Source: Hwangdonia seohaensis (GTDB taxonomy: Bacteria > Bacteroidota > Bacteroidia > Flavobacteriales > Flavobacteriaceae). From it: 32,000 nucleotides of DNA. Positions 18,701 through 32,000 of this stretch are shown one piece after another. The DNA lies in contig NZ_JAVSCK010000003.1 in assembly GCF_031932625.1 (NCBI RefSeq), positions 356,856-388,855 of the forward strand. The letters run 5' to 3'. Position 1 is the stretch's first letter, and the number at the start of each line of letters is the position of its first letter. Under the pieces are notes generated by a model that did no database searches, had not been told where the DNA came from, and saw only the letters and a program-made list of their open reading frames with translations. The position numbers were made by a program, and so were the translations under genes.

Positions 18701-18825
18701 GTTCCGTTTACTTCAATGCTTTGCGAAAAAGCTTTGGTGGTAAACCCAAACGCCGTAAATACAAAAAGAAGTAAAAGCATTCTACTTAAAGTACGGTTTT
18801 TGTTTTTTGATTGTTTTTTTTTCAT
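15748..18825 (-). CDS. susC: SusC/RagA-family TonB-dependent outer-membrane transporter
   Basis: It has a signal peptide, a carboxypeptidase-regulatory-like N-domain (VNGTITDSAGIPLPGATVTLK), a TonB box/plug (DEVVLVGYGTQKRE) and a C-terminal barrel ending in ...GVNLSL. There is no N-terminal STN/anti-sigma signalling domain. Confidence 0.92.
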   Translation of the reverse strand: MKKKQSKNKNRTLSRMLLLLFVFTAFGFTTKAFSQSIEVNGTITDSAGIPLPGATVTLKSDQSIGTQSDFEGNYSIEVPNKQTVLVYSFLGFLTKEITVRNQTTINVSLEESAESLDEVVLVGYGTQKREEVTAAITSVNVAEIQKIPTANVATSLQGQAAGVNVSSASGAPGSNPVIRIRGLGTIGNNNPLFVIDGIPGDLSYINPADIANISVLKDASAATIYGSRASNGVVIITTKRGKTGEPKVTINSYISTHSVSDNVSVANKAQHDQIKLEAYNNVGVTPAPYLTNGAQYADSDWVGEYIGNAFEQKHDIGISGGTEKMNYNFSAGYFDNSGTVINTGFDRLNTRLNMDFKLLNDRLKISPGLSYTRENTRGIFEPIGGGNASFSPFLDIYSQLPHKAIYDASSLNGFATPATGLGSGNPIGEGSITDRADQDDYMQFNISATLEIVEGLNYQFQYGANVENTHFSFFLPTYNFGPQSTNDNPLLDESRSRTNEWTLNNTLNYRKKFGNHDVDVLLGVSREKSQFRSVGGSNNTLASDQLQALSAGIGDESAYGFNSTNTLQSYFGRINYDFSKKYYLQTSVRRDGSSRFGPDNKYGTFYSLSLGWALHNEEFFESDLFSQIKPRFSYGTLGNQLIGEHLFLARIGSGGQQLNYPFGEGVSQNVLVGAIANSLPTPDIQWEETATTNIGVDLGLLNNSIKATFDYFISKTTDMLVSVPIPASSGITSFPLTNGGNLENKGWGLSLTYNSDSDKDFTFDVSANISSSKNKVTKLGVANESFTDGFIEFNNFPTTRTEVGGEIGRFYLFEADGIFQTQAEIDAHGVQPDAVPGDLRFTDISGNGSLGDEDKKYMGSGLPDFEYGLNFNARYKNFDASVFFQGTQGNKIYNGVKMWLYRTDRNNMSSDLLNAWTPQNTGSGIPRNAFGDPNNNIRPSSYFLEDGSYLRLKNIQIGYTFPESVTSKLAISNARIYVTANNLFTITDYSGFDPGLANGGTFTRGVDRGFYPLTKSFILGVNLSL

Positions 18826-18921
18826 ACTAGATTAGATTATTTGTTAGTCAGAACTCAGCCTATAAGTCTGTGCACGAGTTTATGTAGAATCAAATATTGT
18901 GATATTTTCAAATAAAACCTC

Positions 18922-18945
18922 AAAAATCACCTTTACTTGACCTTT
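18922..18945 (-). promoter_or_regulatory. 24-nt candidate operator upstream of susC (copy A)
   Basis: In the susC direction it reads AAAGGTCAAGTAAAGGTGATTTTT, identical to 20893-20916. It ends 96 nt before the susC ATG. Internally it is a direct repeat AAAGGT(C/G)A with 11-bp spacing. Confidence 0.6.
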
Positions 18946-19088
18946 ACAATGCGTTAAATACCTTTGTTAAAGTGGGTTTAATGCGAAGTGGCCGTAAGGG
19001 GAAATTAAAAAAGAAAAGCGTTTTGTTTAGCAACAAGAATTTATGCCATCAAAAAGATAAATGACTTGTATTGAGTTAAAAGATGGGT

Positions 19089-20783
19089 TTAAATGTTTTC
19101 TAGAAAATCAACGAGATTGTCTTTTTTTTCCAATCCCATTTTTTTTCTTAATCGGTGTCTGCCTATTTCTACAGAGTTTAAAGAGATGTTATTGATGTTT
19201 GCTATTTCTTTCGAGCTTAATTTAAGCTTAACTTGTACGGCCAGCTGTATATCCTTTGTGGTTAAGTGCGGGTATTTTTCTTTAATTCTGAATAAAAAAT
19301 CGCTTTGTAGGGTTTCTACGTTGGTATGGAATCTTTGTATGTCTTCATTAAAATCAAACTTAAAAGTATATTCTTTTATCAGCTTGTTAATGTCTTTTTT
19401 CAATTGATTTATATCGGTAAAATCTAAACTTTTAAACGACTTTGTAAGGTCTTTATATATGGATGTTCTTTGGGAAATGAATAAAGCCAAATTGGTTAGT
19501 TCCTTCATGCGGAATTCTAATTTGTGCTCCAGATTTTCCCGCAATAAAGACTGTGTTCTAAGCTTTTCTTTTGATAGTTTATGGTTTTGCAGGTAAATCG
19601 CTTTTTTCTTTTTTATATTGTTGTAAAGTGATGCGATAACAAGAATGGCAATAATTACCGATAATATAGAGCCTATAAGTATCGCCTTTCTCTTTTGTGC
19701 TTCTAAATCTCTTTGTTTTTCCAGTAATTTTATTTCCGACGCTCTTCGTTCATCTTCAAAAAGAATCCTCATTTCAGCTAATTTCTCACTTTTATTGCTT
19801 GAAAAAATTTCTGAGCTTCCTTCGGCATATTTTTTATAGTAATTAAAGGCCTCTTTGTAATTTTGCTTTGCGAGATAATAGTCAGACATAACCCTGTCGT
19901 TTTCCAAAATAAATTCCTTGTTGTCAATTATGTTTTCAATAATGGATCTCGATTCTTTTAAAAGCGCATAGCATTTATCAAAATTTCCGAGCTTTAAATT
20001 TACTATTGAAAGCTCATTTAAAATATGGACCTTGTTTTGGTCGTCCTTGATTTGATTAGTGATTTCCAATGAAGATTCTAAAAATTCCTTGGCGTAATCA
20101 AGCTTGTTGATTTTACGATAGCAAACACCCATGTTTTTCATGGTTTCGGCAATTCTATCTTTGTTGTTAAACTCCCTTTTTAACTCCAAAGATTTCTTGA
20201 AAAAAGTCAATGCCAAATTGCAGTCTCCTTTGCGCTCATGGATTAGTCCAATACTGTTGTAACTATAGGCAATGCGCTGTTTGTCGCCTATTTTTTCGTG
20301 TATTTTTAAAGTTTCCGTGTGGTATTCGAGAGCTTTATCAAAGTATCCGATGTCGAAATACAACCAGCCAAGGGTTCGTAGTGTAAAGGCTAAATCGTAA
20401 TCATTCTCAATGTTTTTTCTAATTTCCAACGACTGTAATCCCAGTTGCAAAGCTTTATCATAAAAATCATTAAACAAATAACCTTGACAAAGATTAATAA
20501 GTGCCAACCCTTCTTGTTTTTTATCATTAAATTCCCGGGACAATTGTAAAGCTTCATTCGCATAATCTATAGTTTTGTTGGGGTTTATAGACCAGTAAAT
20601 TTCGGCAACTCTATTTAATAAAGGCATTTTATCGCGACCAGTTGAATAAGGTAAAATGGTTAACAAGCTATCCAATTCCATTTGGGAGTCGCTTGGGTTT
20701 TCGTCCCAAATATTGGTTTGTGATTGCACGGTACAACTTATAAATACGAGTATATAAAGGATGGGTTTTATCAGTTTTTTCAT
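19089..20783 (-). CDS. Membrane-anchored one-component regulator: signal peptide, periplasmic TPR array, single TM, cytoplasmic LuxR/GerE-type HTH
   Basis: The N-terminal signal or lipobox is ILVFISC. There are multiple TPR-like repeats (A..Y....G.....A...). The hydrophobic segment is AILIGSILSVIIAILVIASLY, followed by KKKK. The C-terminus is LTTKDIQLAVQVKLKLSSKEIANINNISLNSVEIGRHRLRKKMGL. Confidence 0.75.
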   Translation of the reverse strand: MKKLIKPILYILVFISCTVQSQTNIWDENPSDSQMELDSLLTILPYSTGRDKMPLLNRVAEIYWSINPNKTIDYANEALQLSREFNDKKQEGLALINLCQGYLFNDFYDKALQLGLQSLEIRKNIENDYDLAFTLRTLGWLYFDIGYFDKALEYHTETLKIHEKIGDKQRIAYSYNSIGLIHERKGDCNLALTFFKKSLELKREFNNKDRIAETMKNMGVCYRKINKLDYAKEFLESSLEITNQIKDDQNKVHILNELSIVNLKLGNFDKCYALLKESRSIIENIIDNKEFILENDRVMSDYYLAKQNYKEAFNYYKKYAEGSSEIFSSNKSEKLAEMRILFEDERRASEIKLLEKQRDLEAQKRKAILIGSILSVIIAILVIASLYNNIKKKKAIYLQNHKLSKEKLRTQSLLRENLEHKLEFRMKELTNLALFISQRTSIYKDLTKSFKSLDFTDINQLKKDINKLIKEYTFKFDFNEDIQRFHTNVETLQSDFLFRIKEKYPHLTTKDIQLAVQVKLKLSSKEIANINNISLNSVEIGRHRLRKKMGLEKKDNLVDFLENI

Positions 20784-20892
20784 GAGTCGATATTTATAAA
20801 TTATTTAGAAACGCGCATAGGGCCATTGGCAGATACATGATTTACAAATATCGATATTATTAATTAATAAAGTTTTCAAAAAATCCAAAATG

Positions 20893-20916
20893 AAAGGTCA
20901 AGTAAAGGTGATTTTT
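20893..20916 (+). promoter_or_regulatory. 24-nt candidate operator upstream of the GH63 operon (copy B)
   Basis: AAAGGTCAAGTAAAGGTGATTTTT ends 88 nt before the ATG at 21005. It has the same orientation relative to its gene as copy A. It also lies 109 nt upstream of the divergent regulator gene. Confidence 0.6.
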
Positions 20917-21004
20917 CAATTATTAAATAAAAATAATCGAAATTTGTTGTGATTTGATTTTCGATAAACAGTGATGATTTTAAACCAGCAACATCCACAT
21001 TAAA

Positions 21005-23023
21005 ATGCATTTAAACAAAGTTGTTAAATATATAGGTGTTTTAGTATTGCTAGTAATTTTTAGTTGTAACAACACCAAAGAGCCAATAAAAACCGATACC
21101 AAAAATAGTTTTCTAAACTTTAGTGAAAATATTTTGGATTACCGCATAACACCAAAAGACTCCGTGGATAAATCTGGTTTGATGTTTTCGGACCAAGGTG
21201 CTTGGTTTGGGTATGGTTTGCATAAAGAACCGAATGAGTCCATTGGCTTTTCAGGGCCTTTTTTAATGACGCAGCAGAATGGTGTTTGGTTAACTACATC
21301 GTTTGTAAATGCTATGATTAAGGTTGACAATAACTTTGAATCGTTAAATGATGGTAGGGCGTATAGTTATTCAAGTCACTTGGAAAAAAATTATTCAAGT
21401 GATAAAATTCAGGTTAGTGAAAAATTGGTTTTTAAAAACGGACATACTGCTTTATTACAAACCAAAATAAAAAATATAGGCGATAAAAATATCAAATTGG
21501 AACTTTTATGGGGACATTCTCCTATTTTGATTTCTGGAATTTCTTTGTCTCAAAAGAATACCACCATCAAAATTAATTCTACAAAATCTAATGCCATTGG
21601 GTATTTAACTTTTCCGAAAGATGCGCAAGTTGACTTAGTGGATAGCTTGCAATACAAAGCAAAGAGCAATTTAAATCTCAAACCCAACGAAACAAAAGAA
21701 GTCGTAATTTCACAAACTTTCATTTTTCCCGAATATTCTTGGGAAGAAGAAAAAAGACAAATTCAAAACATAAATTTTGATGCCGTGTTGGACGCTCGAA
21801 AACAAGAAAAAAACAAGCAGCTAAAATCTATTATTGAAAACAGAAAACCACAATTTGAACATGATAAGTATGCCGAAGTTTTGGCTAAATCGCATTTAAC
21901 ACTACAAAATAATTGGCGAATTCCGGCTGGAGAACTTAAGCACGAAGGCTTGTTCCCAAGCTATCACTACAAATGGTTTAACGGATTTTGGTCGTGGGAT
22001 TCTTGGAAACACGCTGTAGGTTTATCGTATTACGATACCAGTTTGGCAAAAAACCAAATGCGGGCCATGTTCGATTTTCAGAGTGAAGACGGCTTTATAG
22101 TCGATTGTATTTTTCGAGACACTATTATTGAGCCACATAATTATCGCGATACCAAACCGCCACTTGCTGCTTGGGCAGTCGTTAAAATTTATGAAAAAGA
22201 CAAAGATGTTGAATTTGTAAAAGAATTCTACCCGAAGTTAAAATTATATCACAATTGGTGGTACAATAAACGCGACCACGACCAAGATGGATTGTGTGAA
22301 TACGGTTCAACCGATGGGACTTTAATTGCCGCTAAATGGGAAAGCGGGATGGATAATGCCATTCGTTTCGACGATTCTAAAATTTTAAAAAATAGCGAAG
22401 GTGCTTATTCCCTAAACCAAGAAAGTGTCGATTTAAACGCATATTTGTATGCTGAAAAACTATATTTAAGCCAATTGGCTAAAGTGATAAATAATTTAGA
22501 TGACACTAAAAAATATAAAGCTGAAGCTGAACAATTAAAAGATAAAATACAACACCAATTTTATGATAAGGAAGACGGTTGGTTTTACGATACGAATTTA
22601 GAAGGCAGTACTTTTATTAAAGGTGAAGGTAGCGAAGGCTGGACCGCACTTTGGGCAAACGCCGCAACTCAAGAACAAGCCAATGCCGTAAAAAATAAAA
22701 TGATGGATTCTGAAAAATTTTACACTAAAGTGCCCTTTCAAACCATGAGTGCCGATCACGAAAGATTCGACCCGCTAGAAGGCTATTGGCGAGGCCCGAA
22801 CTGGTTAGATCAAGCTTATTTTGGTGTAAAAGGCTTGCGTAATTATGGGTTCCATGCCGAGGCAGACCAAGCCACCATTCAAATAATTAAAGGTGCGGAA
22901 GGCATGTTAGGAAAAGGACAATCCATTCGAGAAAATTATCACCCATTAACGGGAGAAGGCCTAAACGCCCAAAATTTTAGTTGGAGTGCCGCCCACCTTA
23001 TTATGTTATTACAAAACAATTAA
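21005..23023 (+). CDS. GH63-family (alpha/alpha)6-barrel alpha-glucosidase, YgjK-like, lipoprotein
   Basis: The lipobox is VIFSC. The C-terminal 400 aa align by eye with my recollection of E. coli YgjK: FNGFWSWDSWKHAV, TKPPLAAWAVVKIY, YPKLKLYHNWWYNKRDHDQDGLCEYG, AKWESGMDNA, NQESVDLNAYLY, YWRGPNWLDQAYFGVKGLRNYG, IRENYHPLTGEGLNAQNFSWSAAHLIMLL. Confidence 0.8.
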   Translation: MHLNKVVKYIGVLVLLVIFSCNNTKEPIKTDTKNSFLNFSENILDYRITPKDSVDKSGLMFSDQGAWFGYGLHKEPNESIGFSGPFLMTQQNGVWLTTSFVNAMIKVDNNFESLNDGRAYSYSSHLEKNYSSDKIQVSEKLVFKNGHTALLQTKIKNIGDKNIKLELLWGHSPILISGISLSQKNTTIKINSTKSNAIGYLTFPKDAQVDLVDSLQYKAKSNLNLKPNETKEVVISQTFIFPEYSWEEEKRQIQNINFDAVLDARKQEKNKQLKSIIENRKPQFEHDKYAEVLAKSHLTLQNNWRIPAGELKHEGLFPSYHYKWFNGFWSWDSWKHAVGLSYYDTSLAKNQMRAMFDFQSEDGFIVDCIFRDTIIEPHNYRDTKPPLAAWAVVKIYEKDKDVEFVKEFYPKLKLYHNWWYNKRDHDQDGLCEYGSTDGTLIAAKWESGMDNAIRFDDSKILKNSEGAYSLNQESVDLNAYLYAEKLYLSQLAKVINNLDDTKKYKAEAEQLKDKIQHQFYDKEDGWFYDTNLEGSTFIKGEGSEGWTALWANAATQEQANAVKNKMMDSEKFYTKVPFQTMSADHERFDPLEGYWRGPNWLDQAYFGVKGLRNYGFHAEADQATIQIIKGAEGMLGKGQSIRENYHPLTGEGLNAQNFSWSAAHLIMLLQNN

Positions 23024-29207
<6,184 letters not shown>

Positions 29208-29308
29208 TAATAGGGTTGATGAAGTGGGTGTTTAGAGGTATGTTAATTTGATTTGAATAGTAAGATGTCATCAAACTTTGTTTGAAATTCGTTTTTTTAT
29301 TGAGAAAT

Positions 29309-29465
29309 GAGGCTGTTTAAAAAAGTCTAATTCTATGTCATATTGATTACTTCGACGGCGCTCAGCACAGGCTTTGTCGAAATATTTTAACTTATTTATA
29401 AGCAAGATAGGTTTCGACAGGCTAAACCTGACAAGCTAAATTAAAAAGACTTTTTAGGCAGCCTC
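29309..29465. repeat. Nested-palindrome element of about 157 bp (REP/MITE-like or structured RNA), possibly doubling as the terminator of the GH2 operon
   Basis: The terminal inverted arms are gaggctgtttaaaaaagtct (29309-29328) and agactttttaggcagcctc (29447-29465), followed by ttttt. The inner palindromes are ttcgac...gtcgaa, tgtcgaaa/tttcgaca and ggttt...aaacc. Confidence 0.5.
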
Positions 29466-29499
29466 TTTTTAAATATTAAATCGAAATTGATTTTATTAA

Positions 29500-30738
29500 T
29501 TATTTAATTTCCAATCCTTTTAAATAAACTTTCTCAATTTGATGGTTTCCAAATGAATAGGGTATAAATCCATAAGAATTAATGGGTTTTGTAAGAATGA
29601 TATTCGCCAATTTCCCTTTGGTAATAGAACCCACTTGTTTTCCCAATCCCATGGCATAAGCTCCATTTACAGTGGCGGCATTTAAGGCTTCTTCGGGTGT
29701 CATTTTCATTTTGATGCAAGCCGTGGAAATCACAAAATTCATGTTTCCCGATGGTGTCGAACCCGGGTTGTAATCGGTTGCCAAGGCCAGTGGTAAACCG
29801 GCATCAATCATTTTTCTGGCCGGAGTGTACGGAATGCTTAAAAAATAGGAGCAACTTGGTAAAGCTACCGGCATGGTTTTGGTGTTTTTTAAGGCCTCAA
29901 TGTCTTCATCCCGCATTTCCTCTAAATGATCAACCGATAAGGCTTTGTACTTTACACCAACTTGCACGCCACCAATGGCGGTAAATTGATTAACGTGAAT
30001 TTTAGGAATGAGCCCGAGTTTTTTTCCGGCTTCCAAAATAAGCGCGGTGTCTTCCACGGAAAAATATCCGGTTTCGCAAAAAATATCGACGTATTCCGCG
30101 AGGTTTTCCGAAGCAATTATAGGCATTACATCGTCTATAAGCATTTGTAAATAGCCTCTTTTATTGTTTTTATAATTTAAAGGAACCGCATGAGCACCTA
30201 AAAAAGTGGCTTTTATTTCAATAGGATAATTTTCTTTTAAGCGTTTAATAACACGGAGCATTTTTAATTCGGCATCGGCAGTTAAACCGTAACCCGATTT
30301 AATTTCAACGGCACCAGTGCCCAATTGCATCACTTCTTCCAAACGGGTTTTGCTTTGATTATATAAATCATCTTCAGAGGTTTCCTGAAGTTTTTTAGCT
30401 GAATTTAAAATGCCGCCACCGTTATTGGCAATGTCTTCGTAGGATAGTCCGTTGATTCTATCCACAAATTCACCTTCTCGATTACCGGCATAAACAATAT
30501 GGGTGTGCGAGTCGCACCACGAGGGTAAAATCATTTTTCCTGTGGCATCAACTATCATATCGAATTCTGAATTGGGACACGCATCCATTTTTCCATAATC
30601 TGAAATCAATCCGTTTTCAACTACTAAAAAAGCGTTTTTAATGGTTGGTAAAATCTTCATGGCAGCACCAGAAACAAAGTCAATTTGTTGGTCGCGTACT
30701 TGAATGAGTTCTTTAATATTTTTAAAAAGTGTGGTCAT
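29500..30738 (-). CDS. hutI: Imidazolonepropionase
   Basis: 412 aa. The metal-binding motif is WCDSHTHIVYAGNREGEF, followed by KATFLGAH, SVDHLE and ALATDYNPGS. The ATG overlaps the hutU stop by 1 nt (TAATG). Confidence 0.9.
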   Translation of the reverse strand: MTTLFKNIKELIQVRDQQIDFVSGAAMKILPTIKNAFLVVENGLISDYGKMDACPNSEFDMIVDATGKMILPSWCDSHTHIVYAGNREGEFVDRINGLSYEDIANNGGGILNSAKKLQETSEDDLYNQSKTRLEEVMQLGTGAVEIKSGYGLTADAELKMLRVIKRLKENYPIEIKATFLGAHAVPLNYKNNKRGYLQMLIDDVMPIIASENLAEYVDIFCETGYFSVEDTALILEAGKKLGLIPKIHVNQFTAIGGVQVGVKYKALSVDHLEEMRDEDIEALKNTKTMPVALPSCSYFLSIPYTPARKMIDAGLPLALATDYNPGSTPSGNMNFVISTACIKMKMTPEEALNAATVNGAYAMGLGKQVGSITKGKLANIILTKPINSYGFIPYSFGNHQIEKVYLKGLEIK

Positions 30739-32000
30739 TAAAATAAGTTTTTTAAAATATTTTCTTCAACTAAATTGGGAATCGTGACTTTTAAATTGGG
30801 AGTCCGTTCCATTTCGCGTTTTATGGCGAATAAAGCCTCTTCGTTTCGTGCCCAACTTCGGCGTGCAATACCATTGTTTACATCGTAAAAAAGCATGCTT
30901 TTTAACCGTGCTTCAGCTTCTGGCGTGCCATCTAATAATAAACCGAAACCACCATTAATAACCTCGCCCCAACCTACGCCACCACCATTGTGAATGGACA
31001 CCCAAGTAGCGCCTCTAAAGCTATCGCCAATAACATTGTGGATGGCCATGTCTGCGGTAAATTTACTGCCATCGTAAATATTTGAGGTTTCCCTAAACGG
31101 CGAATCGGTGCCGCTAACGTCGTGATGGTCGCGCCCTAAAACCACGGGGCCAATATCGCCTTTTGCAATGGCATCGTTAAACGCTTTGGCAATTATTGTG
31201 CGTCCTTCGGCATCGGCATATAAAATACGTGCTTGCGAACCGACCACCATGTTGTTTTGCTTCGCGTTTTTTATCCATGTGATGTTGTCCTGCATTTGTA
31301 ATTGAATTTCTTCTGGGGAATGTTCCATGATTTCCTGTAAAACCTTAGCAGCAATAGCATCGGTTTTATCTAAATCTTCGGATTTTCCCGAAGTGCAAAC
31401 CCAACGGAAAGGTCCGAAACCATAATCGAAACACATAGGCCCTAAAATATCCTGCACGTAGGATGCGTATTTAAAATCGATACCGTTTTCTGCCATTACA
31501 TCGGCACCGGCTCTGGAGGATTCCAATAAAAAAGCATTCCCATAATCGAAGAAATACGTGCCTTTTGTAGTGTGATTATTTATTGATGCTGCATGTCTTC
31601 GCAACGTTGTTTGTACTTTTTCTTTAAATAATTCTGGGTTTTCACGAATTAATCGGTTTGATGCTTCATAAGAAATATCAGCAGGATAATAACCACCGGT
31701 CCATGGAATGTGCAACGAAGTTTGATCGGATCCCACATGCACGAAAATATCCTCTTCATCAAAGCGCTCCCAAACATCAACAATGTTGCCAATATAGGCT
31801 ATTGAAACGATTTCATTATTTTCTTGAGCCTGTTTTACTCGGGTAACTAAATCGCCCATATCATCAATAAGTACATCCACCCAACCTTGTTCATGTCGTT
31901 TGGTGGCCGCTTTCGGGTTCACTTCGGCACAAACGGTTATGCAACCTGCAATGTTTCCCGCTTTTGGTTGTGCGCCACTCATACCACCCAATCCGGCAGT
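30738..32000 (-). CDS. hutU: Urocanate hydratase, N-terminus beyond the window edge
   Basis: The frame is open to nt 32000. The visible part starts within GGMSGAQPKAGNIAG and continues colinear with HutU (WVCTSG, GRDHHDVSGTDSPFRETSNI, ATWVSIHNGGGVGWG). Confidence 0.9.
   Translation of the reverse strand, partial: TAGLGGMSGAQPKAGNIAGCITVCAEVNPKAATKRHEQGWVDVLIDDMGDLVTRVKQAQENNEIVSIAYIGNIVDVWERFDEEDIFVHVGSDQTSLHIPWTGGYYPADISYEASNRLIRENPELFKEKVQTTLRRHAASINNHTTKGTYFFDYGNAFLLESSRAGADVMAENGIDFKYASYVQDILGPMCFDYGFGPFRWVCTSGKSEDLDKTDAIAAKVLQEIMEHSPEEIQLQMQDNITWIKNAKQNNMVVGSQARILYADAEGRTIIAKAFNDAIAKGDIGPVVLGRDHHDVSGTDSPFRETSNIYDGSKFTADMAIHNVIGDSFRGATWVSIHNGGGVGWGEVINGGFGLLLDGTPEAEARLKSMLFYDVNNGIARRSWARNEEALFAIKREMERTPNLKVTIPNLVEENILKNLF

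Noticed and set aside
18826-21004. Bacteroidetes-type promoter boxes (-7 TAnnTTTG, -33 TTG) in the two regulatory regions.
   Set aside because: I found only imperfect matches by eye (for example aatatttg, gaaatttg, gtgatttg). That is not enough to place a transcription start, so none is reported as a feature.
29500-32000. hutU and hutI as part of the PUL-like regulon, on the idea of amino-acid catabolism linked to collagen.
   Set aside because: They are convergent to the GH2 operon, separated from it by a structured 292-bp gap, and lack the 24-nt element. They form the standard histidine-utilisation pair. I treat the adjacency as coincidental.

Overview
AT-rich window that looks like a Flavobacteriia (Bacteroidota) chromosome, judged from the SusC/SusD pair, the many lipoprotein signal peptides and a four-helix-bundle mini-gene. 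All family calls come from reading the translated ORFs and recalling reference proteins; no database search was run. There are three blocks. (1) 1-10.7 kb, plus strand: a Cu(I)/Ag(I) resistance cluster. It contains 5'-truncated cusA, an Avd/IVS-like four-helix-bundle gene framed by inverted 7-bp repeat arrays, a TolC-like OMP, a CopA-type P1B ATPase with four N-terminal metal-binding modules, a PepSY-TM protein, a CusB-like adaptor fused to a DUF3347-like domain, and an HMA lipoprotein. (2) 10.8-29.2 kb: a divergent PUL-like regulon. The minus strand carries a membrane-anchored TPR-LuxR regulator, susC, susD and an FG-GAP/ASPIC protein. The plus strand carries a YgjK-like GH63, a three-domain fusion (hydroxylysine-kinase-like, M23, phospho-lyase-type aminotransferase) and a LacZ-like GH2. 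An identical 24-bp element lies upstream of both arms. My main hypothesis is that this is an undescribed locus for using collagen-type glucosyl-galactosyl-hydroxylysine. (3) 29.5-32 kb, minus strand: hutU (partial) and hutI. No rRNA, tRNA, CRISPR array, integrase or transposase was seen.
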